This document shows positions 19,010 through 28,269 of a stretch of DNA of 33,158 nucleotides, piece by piece. How positions within the stretch are numbered: position 1 is the stretch's first letter; each line of letters begins with the position of its first letter. The notes below the pieces were generated by a model that worked only from the letters and a program-made list of their open reading frames with translations, ran no database searches and was not told the DNA's origin. Both the position numbers and the translations under genes were made by a program. The DNA lies in the NCBI GenBank assembly GCA_046714015.1, contig JBKKBQ010000265.1:1-33158 (forward strand), read 5' to 3'. The stretch is from Nitrospira sp. (GTDB lineage Bacteria > Nitrospirota > Nitrospiria > Nitrospirales > Nitrospiraceae).

Positions 19010-19694
19010 TCGACTCCTTCTCGAGGACAGCCCAGACCGTACCGGCGTAGAGATTGTCAGTATTCAGTGATGGTCGCATGAGGATCCTTCTTGCCCATGT
19101 TCTCACGAAGCGATTGAAGCCATACCCCTCGACTCCCCAGGCCTCGTGATCCATTTGTACAATCCGCATCTTGTTCAAGGACGTCCGATGCGTCACGAAG
19201 GCCTTAGCTTCTTCGGCAGAAAAGAACCATTTATGTCGGTCGGATGGCGGATCGACCGGGAGACCATAGAACTTCATCGACTGACCGGGGCGATAATCCC
19301 CATAGCGAAGCATGTTGTAGAAGTCGAGCCAGGCATTGGGCAATGACACGATCGCGTAACGGTTCGTCACGCGACACACTTCATCAAACACCGCATGAAT
19401 GTTCTCCACATGCTCGAGTACATCCAGGCACAAAACACAATCGAACGACCCATCGGAAAATGGAAGAGGCCCTTTCTCGAGGTCAACGACTCGCTCTACC
19501 CCGTCACCCAATCCGATCCCACAATAGTGCGTCCCGGCCTCGAGGTGCCCCTTGAGATGACAGGCATCGGCACCGATATCGAGGAGCCGCCCCTGCAAAA
19601 TCCGCCTGTACTTGAGCCAGACATACTCCGCCTTCGTTTTACGGTCTGTGTACTGAAACGTGGTGGTGAAAGTCATGCTCATGGTGAACAGCAT
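19002..19694 (-). CDS. Class I SAM-dependent methyltransferase (Methyltransf_11-like)
   Basis: LLDIGAD, VDLEKGPLPFSDGSFDCVLCLDVLEHVE, IVSLPN, DRHKWFF. The exact start among several nearby Met codons is uncertain. Confidence 0.85.
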   Translation of the reverse strand: MLFTMSMTFTTTFQYTDRKTKAEYVWLKYRRILQGRLLDIGADACHLKGHLEAGTHYCGIGLGDGVERVVDLEKGPLPFSDGSFDCVLCLDVLEHVENIHAVFDEVCRVTNRYAIVSLPNAWLDFYNMLRYGDYRPGQSMKFYGLPVDPPSDRHKWFFSAEEAKAFVTHRTSLNKMRIVQMDHEAWGVEGYGFNRFVRTWARRILMRPSLNTDNLYAGTVWAVLEKESNV

Positions 19695-19716
19695 GCTCCG
19701 CTAGCTGTTGGCTTCA

Positions 19717-20532
19717 TCACGGATGGACGGCAAATGGCTTCCGCAGAACCAACCCGTTCTGTCCCCCATAGCGCATCACTCCGTCGGGGACTCGACGACG
19801 AGAAACCAGTGCACGTAGCCCGATGAAGCCGGTCGCCTTTGCCACACGCGCCGCGCAGGTCAAGGACACCCTCAGGTTCGTGCAGTTCACAGCGGCTGGG
19901 ACTTCCTCGAATCCCCCTCTTAGCCTGAACGGTTCTGTGAACCGGTCGAGCAGATACAACCACCGCGACGAGCGATCGAATGACCAACGATAGCTCCGCC
20001 CAAAATAGAGGACCGCCACTCCGCCGGGCTTCAGCACGCGAAACGTTTCCCGAAGGTACGCCTGAAAGACGGCAAACCGTTCCACGTGCTGAAGCACGAT
20101 GAACGAGTAGACACAATCCACCGAGGCCGATGGAACTGGAATGGTAGTACCGTCTGACACGAGAAGCTGTGCATTCCGTATCCCCTGTTCTTGCAACACC
20201 ACGCTTACCTGGTCGTTGCACTCGTGCACGTCGACGCCGATGACGTGCTTGAAGTGGCGGCAGGCAGCCGCCAGGATCCTTCCTCCTCCATGGCCGATCT
20301 CAAGGGCCGTTTTGTCCTCGGGGCGAGCGAGATGGGGTGCGGCCGGCTGTGCGATGTGCCATGCGAAGTCCCAGCTGCCCCTGATGAAGGAAGACTCTTC
20401 TCCCTCCGTATTGTCGAACCATCCGAAGAACTGGTCAGTTCCCTCACGAGCTGCTTGGGCGATTTCCTCTCGGAATCCAAGGACGTGACCGCGACATTCG
20501 ATGCCCGTGCCCGTTCTCATAGTACCCTGCAT
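19717..20532 (-). CDS. Class I SAM-dependent methyltransferase (Methyltransf_11-like)
   Basis: ALEIGHGGGR, IGVDV, DGTTIPVPSASVDCVYSFIVLQH, FRVLKPGGVAVL. Confidence 0.88.
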   Translation of the reverse strand: MQGTMRTGTGIECRGHVLGFREEIAQAAREGTDQFFGWFDNTEGEESSFIRGSWDFAWHIAQPAAPHLARPEDKTALEIGHGGGRILAAACRHFKHVIGVDVHECNDQVSVVLQEQGIRNAQLLVSDGTTIPVPSASVDCVYSFIVLQHVERFAVFQAYLRETFRVLKPGGVAVLYFGRSYRWSFDRSSRWLYLLDRFTEPFRLRGGFEEVPAAVNCTNLRVSLTCAARVAKATGFIGLRALVSRRRVPDGVMRYGGQNGLVLRKPFAVHP

Positions 20533-20592
20533 TACTGATGGAGTCGGATCTGTCGCTTCCGACCTTGTTGAACAGACCGCCTACGGTACAGA

Positions 20593-22617
20593 TCAGGCCG
20601 CAACTTCCTTCAGCAGCGTGAGATACTTGTCCGCGACGTCATCCATGTTCGACACAGTGATCAACCGCTGGTACATCTCATAGTGATCCGCCAATTGCTC
20701 AAGCTTGGGGATAATTTCCTCTTGCTCGACAAAAGGAATGCCGCCGTACCCGACCAACTCAGGGTGGCCGCCGTCGTTCCTATAAAGGACTGGCAACCCG
20801 CACGCTAATGCCTCGATGAGGGCATTAGAGCACGGATCATTTTGGCTCGCCGTGATATACACATCGTGTTGACGCAAAATCTCCGCCAACTCTTCTGAAG
20901 GGACCGCGGGAATTGTCCGAATGCGGTCGAACTGGACAGAGAGATTACCTACGAACGTGAATTCGAATCGGTCCCAGTCGAGATGGGACTCTAACCACTT
21001 GTAGATCGGCCCGCCTTTTCGCGCGTTGTTTGACCAGCTCGTGGCGATCACTCGAAGCTTTCGCCCTGGCTTAAACGGGAGGCGTCCCTTTGCATGAAAC
21101 ACATCGGGATCGACGGCGTTTCTGATGATCACGGGCTTCACCGGTTGATAGGCCATTTCCGCAATCCGCTGATAGGTCCAAGTGGATTGTAGAACGGTGG
21201 CTTTGGCAAACCGCTGATTGAGTTCAAAGCAAAGCTCATCCTTCTCTCGATCGAACCCTCGGATCAAGTGGATGGGACCGTCGATCCGGTGCACCACCCT
21301 CAGCCGATGATGCTTGGAAAACTCTAAGAACTCCTCAACATCAAAGTGAATAGAATTCAGCAAATACACGTCCACATCATCCCTCAACTGGTTATCCACG
21401 ACGGAGACGCCGCGGCGAACCAAAGCTTTTCGAAGCGCCAACATGAACTGATTCCCGCCGCCGTACGGCGGTGCGAAAAAGCGGTGCCACAGTCCGACGC
21501 GGAACCGCTTGTGCCGCCAGAGCGTACGCACTCGCCCAAGGATTGAAGAAGGGAGAGGTGCCGGTTTGGGAAGCTCGACCCAACCGGGGGAGAAGGATCT
21601 TGCATGGGCTGGCCCTGGCAATTCTCGACGATAGAGTTCGTAAAACGAGGTGCGTACAGCTTCAGGCCGATGACGAGTAAGGACCTGGTCCCGATGGCGT
21701 TGCACCGTCACGCTAAGGCTATTCTCCCGAATGTCACGTTCAGTTGCTTCAACAGCTTCGATAGGGGAGTTGAATATGCACCTCGGGTCGAGTAGGTCCT
21801 GCGCCAGGCCCACCGGAGTGCTGATCACTTTGCATTGCGCAGCAGCCGCCTCCAGAAGCGAACGGGGCCCTCCTTCTGAACGACTGGAGACCACATAAAG
21901 ATTCAACAGATTGTAGAGCAGGTTCAGCGTACGATGAGGCAGCAGATTGCTGGAATAGTCGTCGCCATCTGTCACCTTTCCGATGAACGTGTATGGCACC
22001 CCCCACTCTGCAATCCGAAGACGAATCCAGTGCCGACGGGGCCCCGCCAGCACAAGATGAATCGGATAGCCACGACGATGCAGGGCCGTCACTATCTCAG
22101 CCAGGATATCCGGTCCTTTGACCAGTTTTGGAACGCGGAGATCGAACCCCGCTGAATCCCGATGAAAACTGCCTATGAGATACCGTCCTTCCGGGATGTT
22201 CCATTGCTGACGAAACTCTGCGAGGGACAGGTCGTCACTCGGCAGCCGGTAGAACTCGTTGACATCAGTGGAATAAGGTACCACCATATGAGGCAGCCCA
22301 ATGGAGGCGCATTGACGAGCGGCCTGACTGGTCTGCGCAATCCACATATCCACGGCGGATACGACATGGCGATGACGGGGGAGCGTCAGATATCGAAACG
22401 GCTCTCCTGCAAGGTGGCAAACGATCTTCTTGTTCGCAAAATCAGGCGGGCGTATCGCCAACAGTGGCTCCCACCATACGGAATGGACAACATCGGACTG
22501 CGCAAGATCGGTCAGTTCCACGACGCCCGCCAAGGCGCTCTTGGTTAATCGAAGGTCTTCGTCCAACGCCCAACCGGTGCCATCCCCGCCGGTGAGATAT
22601 ACTCGTGGGTGACTCAT
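20593..22617 (-). CDS. Two-domain GT4 glycosyltransferase (tandem GT-B modules)
   Basis: Domain 1: KGPD...SSRSEGGPRSLLEAAAAQCKVISTPVG. Pro-rich linker PGPAHARSFSPGWVELPKPAPLPSS. Domain 2: PPYGGGNQF...IRNAVDP...ARKGG...SQNDPCSNALIEALACGLPV...GGHPELVG. Confidence 0.88.
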   Translation of the reverse strand: MSHPRVYLTGGDGTGWALDEDLRLTKSALAGVVELTDLAQSDVVHSVWWEPLLAIRPPDFANKKIVCHLAGEPFRYLTLPRHRHVVSAVDMWIAQTSQAARQCASIGLPHMVVPYSTDVNEFYRLPSDDLSLAEFRQQWNIPEGRYLIGSFHRDSAGFDLRVPKLVKGPDILAEIVTALHRRGYPIHLVLAGPRRHWIRLRIAEWGVPYTFIGKVTDGDDYSSNLLPHRTLNLLYNLLNLYVVSSRSEGGPRSLLEAAAAQCKVISTPVGLAQDLLDPRCIFNSPIEAVEATERDIRENSLSVTVQRHRDQVLTRHRPEAVRTSFYELYRRELPGPAHARSFSPGWVELPKPAPLPSSILGRVRTLWRHKRFRVGLWHRFFAPPYGGGNQFMLALRKALVRRGVSVVDNQLRDDVDVYLLNSIHFDVEEFLEFSKHHRLRVVHRIDGPIHLIRGFDREKDELCFELNQRFAKATVLQSTWTYQRIAEMAYQPVKPVIIRNAVDPDVFHAKGRLPFKPGRKLRVIATSWSNNARKGGPIYKWLESHLDWDRFEFTFVGNLSVQFDRIRTIPAVPSEELAEILRQHDVYITASQNDPCSNALIEALACGLPVLYRNDGGHPELVGYGGIPFVEQEEIIPKLEQLADHYEMYQRLITVSNMDDVADKYLTLLKEVAA

Positions 22618-23420
22618 GGCCGCACCACGCTAATGCCGTATCCGGTCGTATAGCGCTGCAGAAAACCCTTCGCCTCTCTCTTGCTGTGGTGATCCCGCGC
22701 CAGTGCCCAATATTTTCCCTTGGCAATGCAGGCTCGACTGATGCGCTGCAAGAGGCTTGAAGACATACGCCCCTGCCTCACCATCTCGTACAGCCAAGCC
22801 CTGACCATATCCGTGGCGACACTCCAAAAAAAGCCCTGAGCTTCGACTTTCAATTCCTTGAAACCGATCTGCTTGAGATTCATCTCCCAAAAAGCCTCGG
22901 TGTAGCGAGCATAGTCGTGCGGATCGGCATGGATCGGGAATAAGAACGGCGCCGTGATCAGAAGCACACCTCCAGGACGAAGAACCCGATAGGCCTCCTG
23001 CAGGATCGGCCGAGGGGCGGGAGCATGCTCTAGTACTTCTGCGCAGACGATCATGTCGAACGCCTTGTCCCTGAACGGCAACATAGCCGCATCGATTTGC
23101 ACATCGGGATGGTGGGTCGTGGAGAGGTTCGCATAGCACACTCTGACATTGTACCGGTCGATACAGAACTGCCCCCGCTTGGGAGACTTTTGCCCACCCA
23201 AGTCCAACACTTGCGCCCCTGGCTTGAAAAGTCTAGCCTGCCGGGTAAAAAACTCGTCCACATAATACCGGCGGAGGGAACACTCAAACCGGTCGGCTTG
23301 CAAGAGGACTTCATCCACTACCGAACATCGTTCCTGATCAGGCTGCGAGACTCGGCTCGTTAGCGGGTCAACCAGGCACTCTCCATCTTCCCGCAAGGGA
23401 ACGTCCACAGCCTGTCTCAT
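22614..23420 (-). CDS. Class I SAM-dependent methyltransferase (Methyltransf_11-like)
   Basis: VLDLGG, DAAMLPFRDKAFDMIVCAEVLEH, RVLRPGGVLLITAPFLFPIHADPHDYARYT. GAGGAGG RBS upstream of ATG 23420. Confidence 0.9.
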   Translation of the reverse strand: MRQAVDVPLREDGECLVDPLTSRVSQPDQERCSVVDEVLLQADRFECSLRRYYVDEFFTRQARLFKPGAQVLDLGGQKSPKRGQFCIDRYNVRVCYANLSTTHHPDVQIDAAMLPFRDKAFDMIVCAEVLEHAPAPRPILQEAYRVLRPGGVLLITAPFLFPIHADPHDYARYTEAFWEMNLKQIGFKELKVEAQGFFWSVATDMVRAWLYEMVRQGRMSSSLLQRISRACIAKGKYWALARDHHSKREAKGFLQRYTTGYGISVVRP

Positions 23421-23457
23421 ATCGATACGCCTCCTCGAAACCTTGCCCACTCCCGGC

Positions 23458-24246
23458 TCAGGGAACGATGAAATATCGACCAGCCGCATCGATATGATTC
23501 AGGAACATCGGCCGAGGCAAGGATGACTGAAATTCTTCAACGGCTTGGCGACAACCAATCCATTTCCCGTAATCATCGATCACCACGATTCCTCCGGAGT
23601 TCACCAAGGGGAACAGCTGGGCCAGACAAATCTTGGTCGATTCGTACCAGTCTCCATCAATCCTCAACAACGCGATGCCGCCTTCGATGGGGGGGACCTC
23701 TCGCAGAGTGTCTTGGAACCACCCGACGTGATACCGCGTGAGGGTAGGAGGATACTCGGCTATCACACGAAGTGCGTGCTTGTTGTCTTCCAAGGCTCCA
23801 ACGCACTTGCCGATGCTGCGCAACATCCCGGAAGCACGTTCGCTGGCATAGCGCACGGCCATTTCTCCGTCGCGTGTATGGTCGGGTTCCGGCAGCCCTT
23901 CGAATGAATCAAACAGATGGACTTCGCGGTGTGTGCGTCCAGATCGTTGATGCGCCAAGGCCATCAAGGCTGAGGCGCCCCCCTTCCAGGTGCCACACTC
24001 GACGAGGGCCCCGGGGATTCCTGCGGCATCGAGATACGACACTTGCTGCCACAGCGTGACCAACCGTTGATACGAGAGCATGGTACGGCCTTCGACCAAC
24101 GCGATGACCTCTCGCGCAGCAAGCTCATCGTCGTACTTCATGAAGGGATGTTCGCTTCGCTTCACTGTCGGCACCGCACTTGCCGTAGGAGGAGCCGGCC
24201 CCTGGTCCTGCAGAGCGTGCCAAGCCGAGATAATCCGGCGGATCAT
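23458..24246 (-). CDS. TylF/MycF/NovP-family sugar O-methyltransferase
   Basis: TMLS, GALVECGTWKGG, LFDSFEGLP, GWFQDTL, LLRIDGDWYESTK, VIDDYG..GCRQAVEEF. Start ATG 24246 forms an ATGA overlap with the wzt stop. Confidence 0.92.
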   Translation of the reverse strand: MIRRIISAWHALQDQGPAPPTASAVPTVKRSEHPFMKYDDELAAREVIALVEGRTMLSYQRLVTLWQQVSYLDAAGIPGALVECGTWKGGASALMALAHQRSGRTHREVHLFDSFEGLPEPDHTRDGEMAVRYASERASGMLRSIGKCVGALEDNKHALRVIAEYPPTLTRYHVGWFQDTLREVPPIEGGIALLRIDGDWYESTKICLAQLFPLVNSGGIVVIDDYGKWIGCRQAVEEFQSSLPRPMFLNHIDAAGRYFIVP

Positions 24247-25475
24247 TCCCTGCTCCTGTTCACGTCGATTTGCCAATTTGCGCGCAACGCCATGATCCCT
24301 CTGGCCCGGCCAGCTGCAGACACGGAGAAACTGACAACCCCGCCCATGCGTTCAAGCGTTTCATATGACCGTTGTTCTCGCAGCGTAAAATTGACTTCGT
24401 AGACGCCCCGCGACAACTTGTGTTCCGGATACCAGATTCGAAGTCGAGCCCCGCCCTCGACCCGCTGGCACGACCATCCGTCTTCCTCCGACACATTCCA
24501 CACGCAGACGACTCCCGTCGCATTCAAGATACCCACCGAGAACACCGGACACTCCACCGCGCGATGAATGGTCAACTGGATCTCAATACCGAACGGAGCG
24601 TCGGCATTGACTTCGGTCAGCGTTTCTCCGTTTTCTCCAAATACTCGGGCCCGCTCGATGGATACGCGTTTTGGAGTGCTGGTTTCTTGGCCCTGACCCT
24701 GTAATCGTAGTCGCTCTTGCCCAAACACGAGTTGCTCGTATGCCCGTAACCCTTCCAGCGCAGACCCCTCGGCTACAATCGTGCCATGATCCAGCACAAG
24801 ACCTCGCTGCGCGATATATTGGAGCATATCGAGGCTGTGAGTCACGAGAATCACTGTGGCCCCGGCCTCACGCAATTCTTTGAGTCGCGCGAGACACTTA
24901 TTCTGAAATCGAAGGTCTCCAACGGCGAAGGTCTCGTCGATCAGGAGAATATCGCTATCGATCCTCGTCGCCACCCCAAACCCAAGACGGGCCATCATGC
25001 CGCTCGAATACGTCCGCACCGGCCGGTCGAACCATTGACCCAACTCGATGAATTCCTGGATTTCCGGCAGGAGGTCCGTCATGCGTGCTCGAGAAAGGCC
25101 CATAATGGCGCCCAAAAGATAGATGTTTTCTCTCCCCGTCAGCTCGGGGTGGACGCCTGCATTGAGTTCGATCATCGGAAACACGCGGCCGCGCACCTCC
25201 ACACGCCCTCGAGTTGGCGGGGTGACTCCAGCCAGCACCTTCAATAACGTGCTCTTTCCAGCGCCGTTGCGCCCTATCATCCCGACGGTTTCCCCTCGCT
25301 TGACCTCGAAAGACACGTCGCGAAGTGCCCATCCATCGACGCCTTGCTCCTTCGTGTAATCCCTTAGCCACCAACCAGCCGTAAGCGCTCGCATAAGCTG
25401 ACCGGCAGACGGTGAAGCCGACAATCCGTACTGCTTCCAGAGCCCTTCTACTCGAATGCTGACGGCGTCCGACAT
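24243..25475 (-). CDS. wzt: Polysaccharide ABC exporter ATP-binding subunit with C-terminal Wzt_C domain
   Basis: WALRDVSFEV, GRNGAGKSTLL (Walker A), PELTGRENIYL, YSSGMMARLGF (Wzt signature), LLIDE (Walker B), plus a beta-rich C-terminal extension. Start ATG 25475, 2 nt after the wzm stop. Confidence 0.92.
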   Translation of the reverse strand: MSDAVSIRVEGLWKQYGLSASPSAGQLMRALTAGWWLRDYTKEQGVDGWALRDVSFEVKRGETVGMIGRNGAGKSTLLKVLAGVTPPTRGRVEVRGRVFPMIELNAGVHPELTGRENIYLLGAIMGLSRARMTDLLPEIQEFIELGQWFDRPVRTYSSGMMARLGFGVATRIDSDILLIDETFAVGDLRFQNKCLARLKELREAGATVILVTHSLDMLQYIAQRGLVLDHGTIVAEGSALEGLRAYEQLVFGQERLRLQGQGQETSTPKRVSIERARVFGENGETLTEVNADAPFGIEIQLTIHRAVECPVFSVGILNATGVVCVWNVSEEDGWSCQRVEGGARLRIWYPEHKLSRGVYEVNFTLREQRSYETLERMGGVVSFSVSAAGRARGIMALRANWQIDVNRSRE

Positions 25476-25477
25476 GA

Positions 25478-26278
25478 CTAGACTGCGTCCGCGAAATGCT
25501 GTGATAAGGTCCGAAACAACGGCCATCCCATCATCCACACGAGTACCGTCGATACGAGAGAAATCCCAAGCAAGGAAAGGTCCGGGGCTTGATGTTGTAT
25601 CAATACATGCCGAAATCCTTCGATTATGCCGACCATCGGGTTCAGGACATACAGCGCCATCCAGGAGGGGGGAACCTGAGCCAGCGGATACATGATTGGG
25701 GTTGCCAGCAACCACAGCTGCATCAACAGCGGTAATCCGAAAAGGATATCCTGCATGAACGTCCCCAATGCACCGACACAGAATCCTACGCACAGTGCAA
25801 ACAATGCCGTCAGGAGAATGAGCGGAATAAGCCAAATCATCTCGCTCCCGTGCGCACCGCCGAACCAGGCGAGAAGGATTGCGAGCAAGAAGCCTGAAAT
25901 CCCTAAGTCTACGATGGCAGTCATGACCGCGGTCACGGGAAAGACCTCTCGCGGGATGGCTACTTTCTTCAAGATGCCTGCATTAGCAGCGATGCTGGAG
26001 CCACAGCGGGTGACGGCATTGACGAAAAACGCCCAGGGAACAAGACCTGTATACGCGAACAATATGTACGGCACATCACCCGTCGAAATGTGGAACACCC
26101 CCTGAAGCATGGTAAAAATGCCGGCATAGAACAACGGCGGAAGTACGGCCCACACCACTCCCAACAGAGAGCGGCGATATCGCCCCTTGAGTTCACGAGA
26201 GGAAATCGCCCAAGCCAAACCCATGAACTGTTGCCATGGAGTGGTCGCAGCACCAAGGTGAATGTAGACTCCTCTCAT
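25478..26278 (-). CDS. wzm: Polysaccharide ABC exporter permease
   Basis: RELKGRYRRSLLGVVWAVLPPL, PYILFAYTGLVPWAFF, ILKKVAIPRE, TPIMYP, LNPMVGIIEGFR, FADAV C-terminus. Confidence 0.93.
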   Translation of the reverse strand: MRGVYIHLGAATTPWQQFMGLAWAISSRELKGRYRRSLLGVVWAVLPPLFYAGIFTMLQGVFHISTGDVPYILFAYTGLVPWAFFVNAVTRCGSSIAANAGILKKVAIPREVFPVTAVMTAIVDLGISGFLLAILLAWFGGAHGSEMIWLIPLILLTALFALCVGFCVGALGTFMQDILFGLPLLMQLWLLATPIMYPLAQVPPSWMALYVLNPMVGIIEGFRHVLIQHQAPDLSLLGISLVSTVLVWMMGWPLFRTLSQHFADAV

Positions 26279-26317
26279 CTGTCTTGATCCCCCTTGCCTC
26301 CGTTCAGGGGACAGAGG

Positions 26318-27478
26318 CTATGCCACCTTTCTGACTAACCGCACGCGCTGAAACAACTGATCAAACCGGTGCCGCCAGGTATGCGACTGAAGGGCCCGCT
26401 GGTGTCCCGCTCTTCGAATTCGCTCGGCCTCAATCGGGTGACGGGAGTAGTAGAGTACTTTGTCGACCAACTCCTCCGGCTGCGACCATGTCTCGATTTC
26501 TCGGCCGAGCCGATAATAGGTGTCGTGATCGGGCGCCTCCTGGACCAGATAGAATCCACCCGACATCGGCACCTCAAAGTCCCGCAACCGGCATTGGAGG
26601 TTCTTAGACTCCACCACATTCTGATCGGCATGCCATCCGGTATCGGAAAACCCCAAGTTGATCTGGCTGGCCCTGAAGATTTCAGGCAGATCTTCGTCTC
26701 GACAGGGCCCCTGCATCTCCGGTCCCGCCAGCTCACGGAACTCGCAGCGTCGCGCCCATTTTCGCGAGAGCGGTCCTGTCACGCTTCCAACCCCTTCAGC
26801 TTTCAACCGAGGCCAAGCGTAGTAACGAACATCGTGCAGGACTTTGTACCAGTCCCATTCGAACGTGTACGAGCTGGGCTCATCAGAACTCCATCCCCGC
26901 CCAAACACGGCCGGTTTGATCCCCCGATCGACACACGCGCTAAGCAAAGCCCGCCGGTACGGGTTGAAACTCCCTACGAATGAAACAGTATGTTGCGGGG
27001 CTGCATTCCCTTGGCGCTCAGCGGCGTAGAAATCCTGGTTTGCCGCCATCGGCATCCATTCGATATGGGCGGCATAGCCCCCTAAGTGCTCGGCATTAGT
27101 CATCTGGGCGACAGCCAACACGTCAAAATAGGGCGCCGACTGAATGACTCTGTACCACTGGAACGCCATATCGACGTGATAGTTGATCATGGGCACATTC
27201 AACGCTCGCAGCCGCTCGGCAGCCCTGGCCGTCAGAAAATCGTCGTACACAACGCAAAAGATGAAATCCAGGCGATGTGCCGCCTTCAGAGCGTGAGCTA
27301 GTGTAATAAGTTGCTCCAGCAACTGATCACGTTGGGTGCGCCAGGGTTTCAAACCCAACCGCCCCATCCCTCCCGGGTAGGTGAATACTTCCAGATGTTG
27401 GCAGTAATACTTACGCAGTGTTTCAAGGAGATTGATCTCCATCCACCTATCGGGGGGTAGTACAACAAGTCCGTTCAT
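26318..27478 (-). CDS. CgeB/Glyco_trans_1_2-type glycosyltransferase
   Basis: WMPMAAN, VSFVGSFNPYRR, SQINLGF, RLRDFEVPMSGGFYL, GHQRALQSHTWRHRF. Start ATG 27478 chosen to avoid overlap with the permease gene. Confidence 0.85.
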   Translation of the reverse strand: MNGLVVLPPDRWMEINLLETLRKYYCQHLEVFTYPGGMGRLGLKPWRTQRDQLLEQLITLAHALKAAHRLDFIFCVVYDDFLTARAAERLRALNVPMINYHVDMAFQWYRVIQSAPYFDVLAVAQMTNAEHLGGYAAHIEWMPMAANQDFYAAERQGNAAPQHTVSFVGSFNPYRRALLSACVDRGIKPAVFGRGWSSDEPSSYTFEWDWYKVLHDVRYYAWPRLKAEGVGSVTGPLSRKWARRCEFRELAGPEMQGPCRDEDLPEIFRASQINLGFSDTGWHADQNVVESKNLQCRLRDFEVPMSGGFYLVQEAPDHDTYYRLGREIETWSQPEELVDKVLYYSRHPIEAERIRRAGHQRALQSHTWRHRFDQLFQRVRLVRKVA

Positions 27479-27503
27479 CGTTGTGAGGACCGGGGGCGGC
27501 TCC

Positions 27504-28268
27504 TTAGAAATCTCGTCGCTCGAAAATTCGGCAGGCTCCCACCAGCAGTAAGGTGGCATAGAGAAGCCCGTACGCCGTTGCGGCGAGCTGGTATTCTCCG
27601 CTCACAGCTACACCGTTCGCTGCCTGTCCTTTGATGTTCAGCCACTCGAGATTTGGACAGAGATAATACAGGGCTGTCATGATGCCTTCGGTGGCCGGAT
27701 CCTTCGTCTTCTCTACGATACCCTTCAAATCGCCGGTCAGGTGCCCTATCATGTAGAATCCCAGAGTCATGATAGCGCTGAGGGTAGGAGAGCTGAATGT
27801 GGAAAAGAACATCGCCAATGCCGTCATCAAGATGATTTCTACAAGCATGAGCTGCACCGCCTGGAAGAGCGACACATTGATCGCGTTTCCGCTCAACCAG
27901 AGTGTCACCACAAACATGCTGAACATGATGGCTACGTTCACACCGCCAATCGAGATTAGGCCGACAAATTTGCCAAGCACAAACTGAGTCCGCGTAATCG
28001 GTCGAGCAAGAATGGTGTAAATCGTTCGGCGCTCGATTTCCTTTGTGACCAAACCGATGCCGACAAAAATCCCGATGATCACTCCAACCAGATTGATTGC
28101 GGCAAGTCCCACATCATTGATGATTCTCGCCTGTTCCCCGATGGTGAGTGTTCCTAAAAGGACAGACGCTCCGATCAACAGCAAGGCGAAAAACACTAGG
28201 TTATAGAGGATCTTGTCCCGAACCGTCTCTCGAAACGTATTCTGCGCCACCACCAAAAGGCTTCGCAT
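27504..28268 (-). CDS. Pilus-associated ABC transporter permease (PilI-like)
   Basis: VAQNTFRETVRDKILY, KEIERRTIYTILARPITRTQFVLGKFVG, PNLE, FERRDF C-terminus; about six hydrophobic segments. Start ATG 28268, 1 nt after the ATPase stop. Confidence 0.88.
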   Translation of the reverse strand: MRSLLVVAQNTFRETVRDKILYNLVFFALLLIGASVLLGTLTIGEQARIINDVGLAAINLVGVIIGIFVGIGLVTKEIERRTIYTILARPITRTQFVLGKFVGLISIGGVNVAIMFSMFVVTLWLSGNAINVSLFQAVQLMLVEIILMTALAMFFSTFSSPTLSAIMTLGFYMIGHLTGDLKGIVEKTKDPATEGIMTALYYLCPNLEWLNIKGQAANGVAVSGEYQLAATAYGLLYATLLLVGACRIFERRDF

Positions 28269-28269
28269 A

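Noticed and set aside
26285-26320. Alternative short stems (CCCCT/AGGGG, GCCTC/GAGGC) between the CgeB-type gene and wzm
   Set aside because: The stems are short and mutually exclusive and have no terminator tail.
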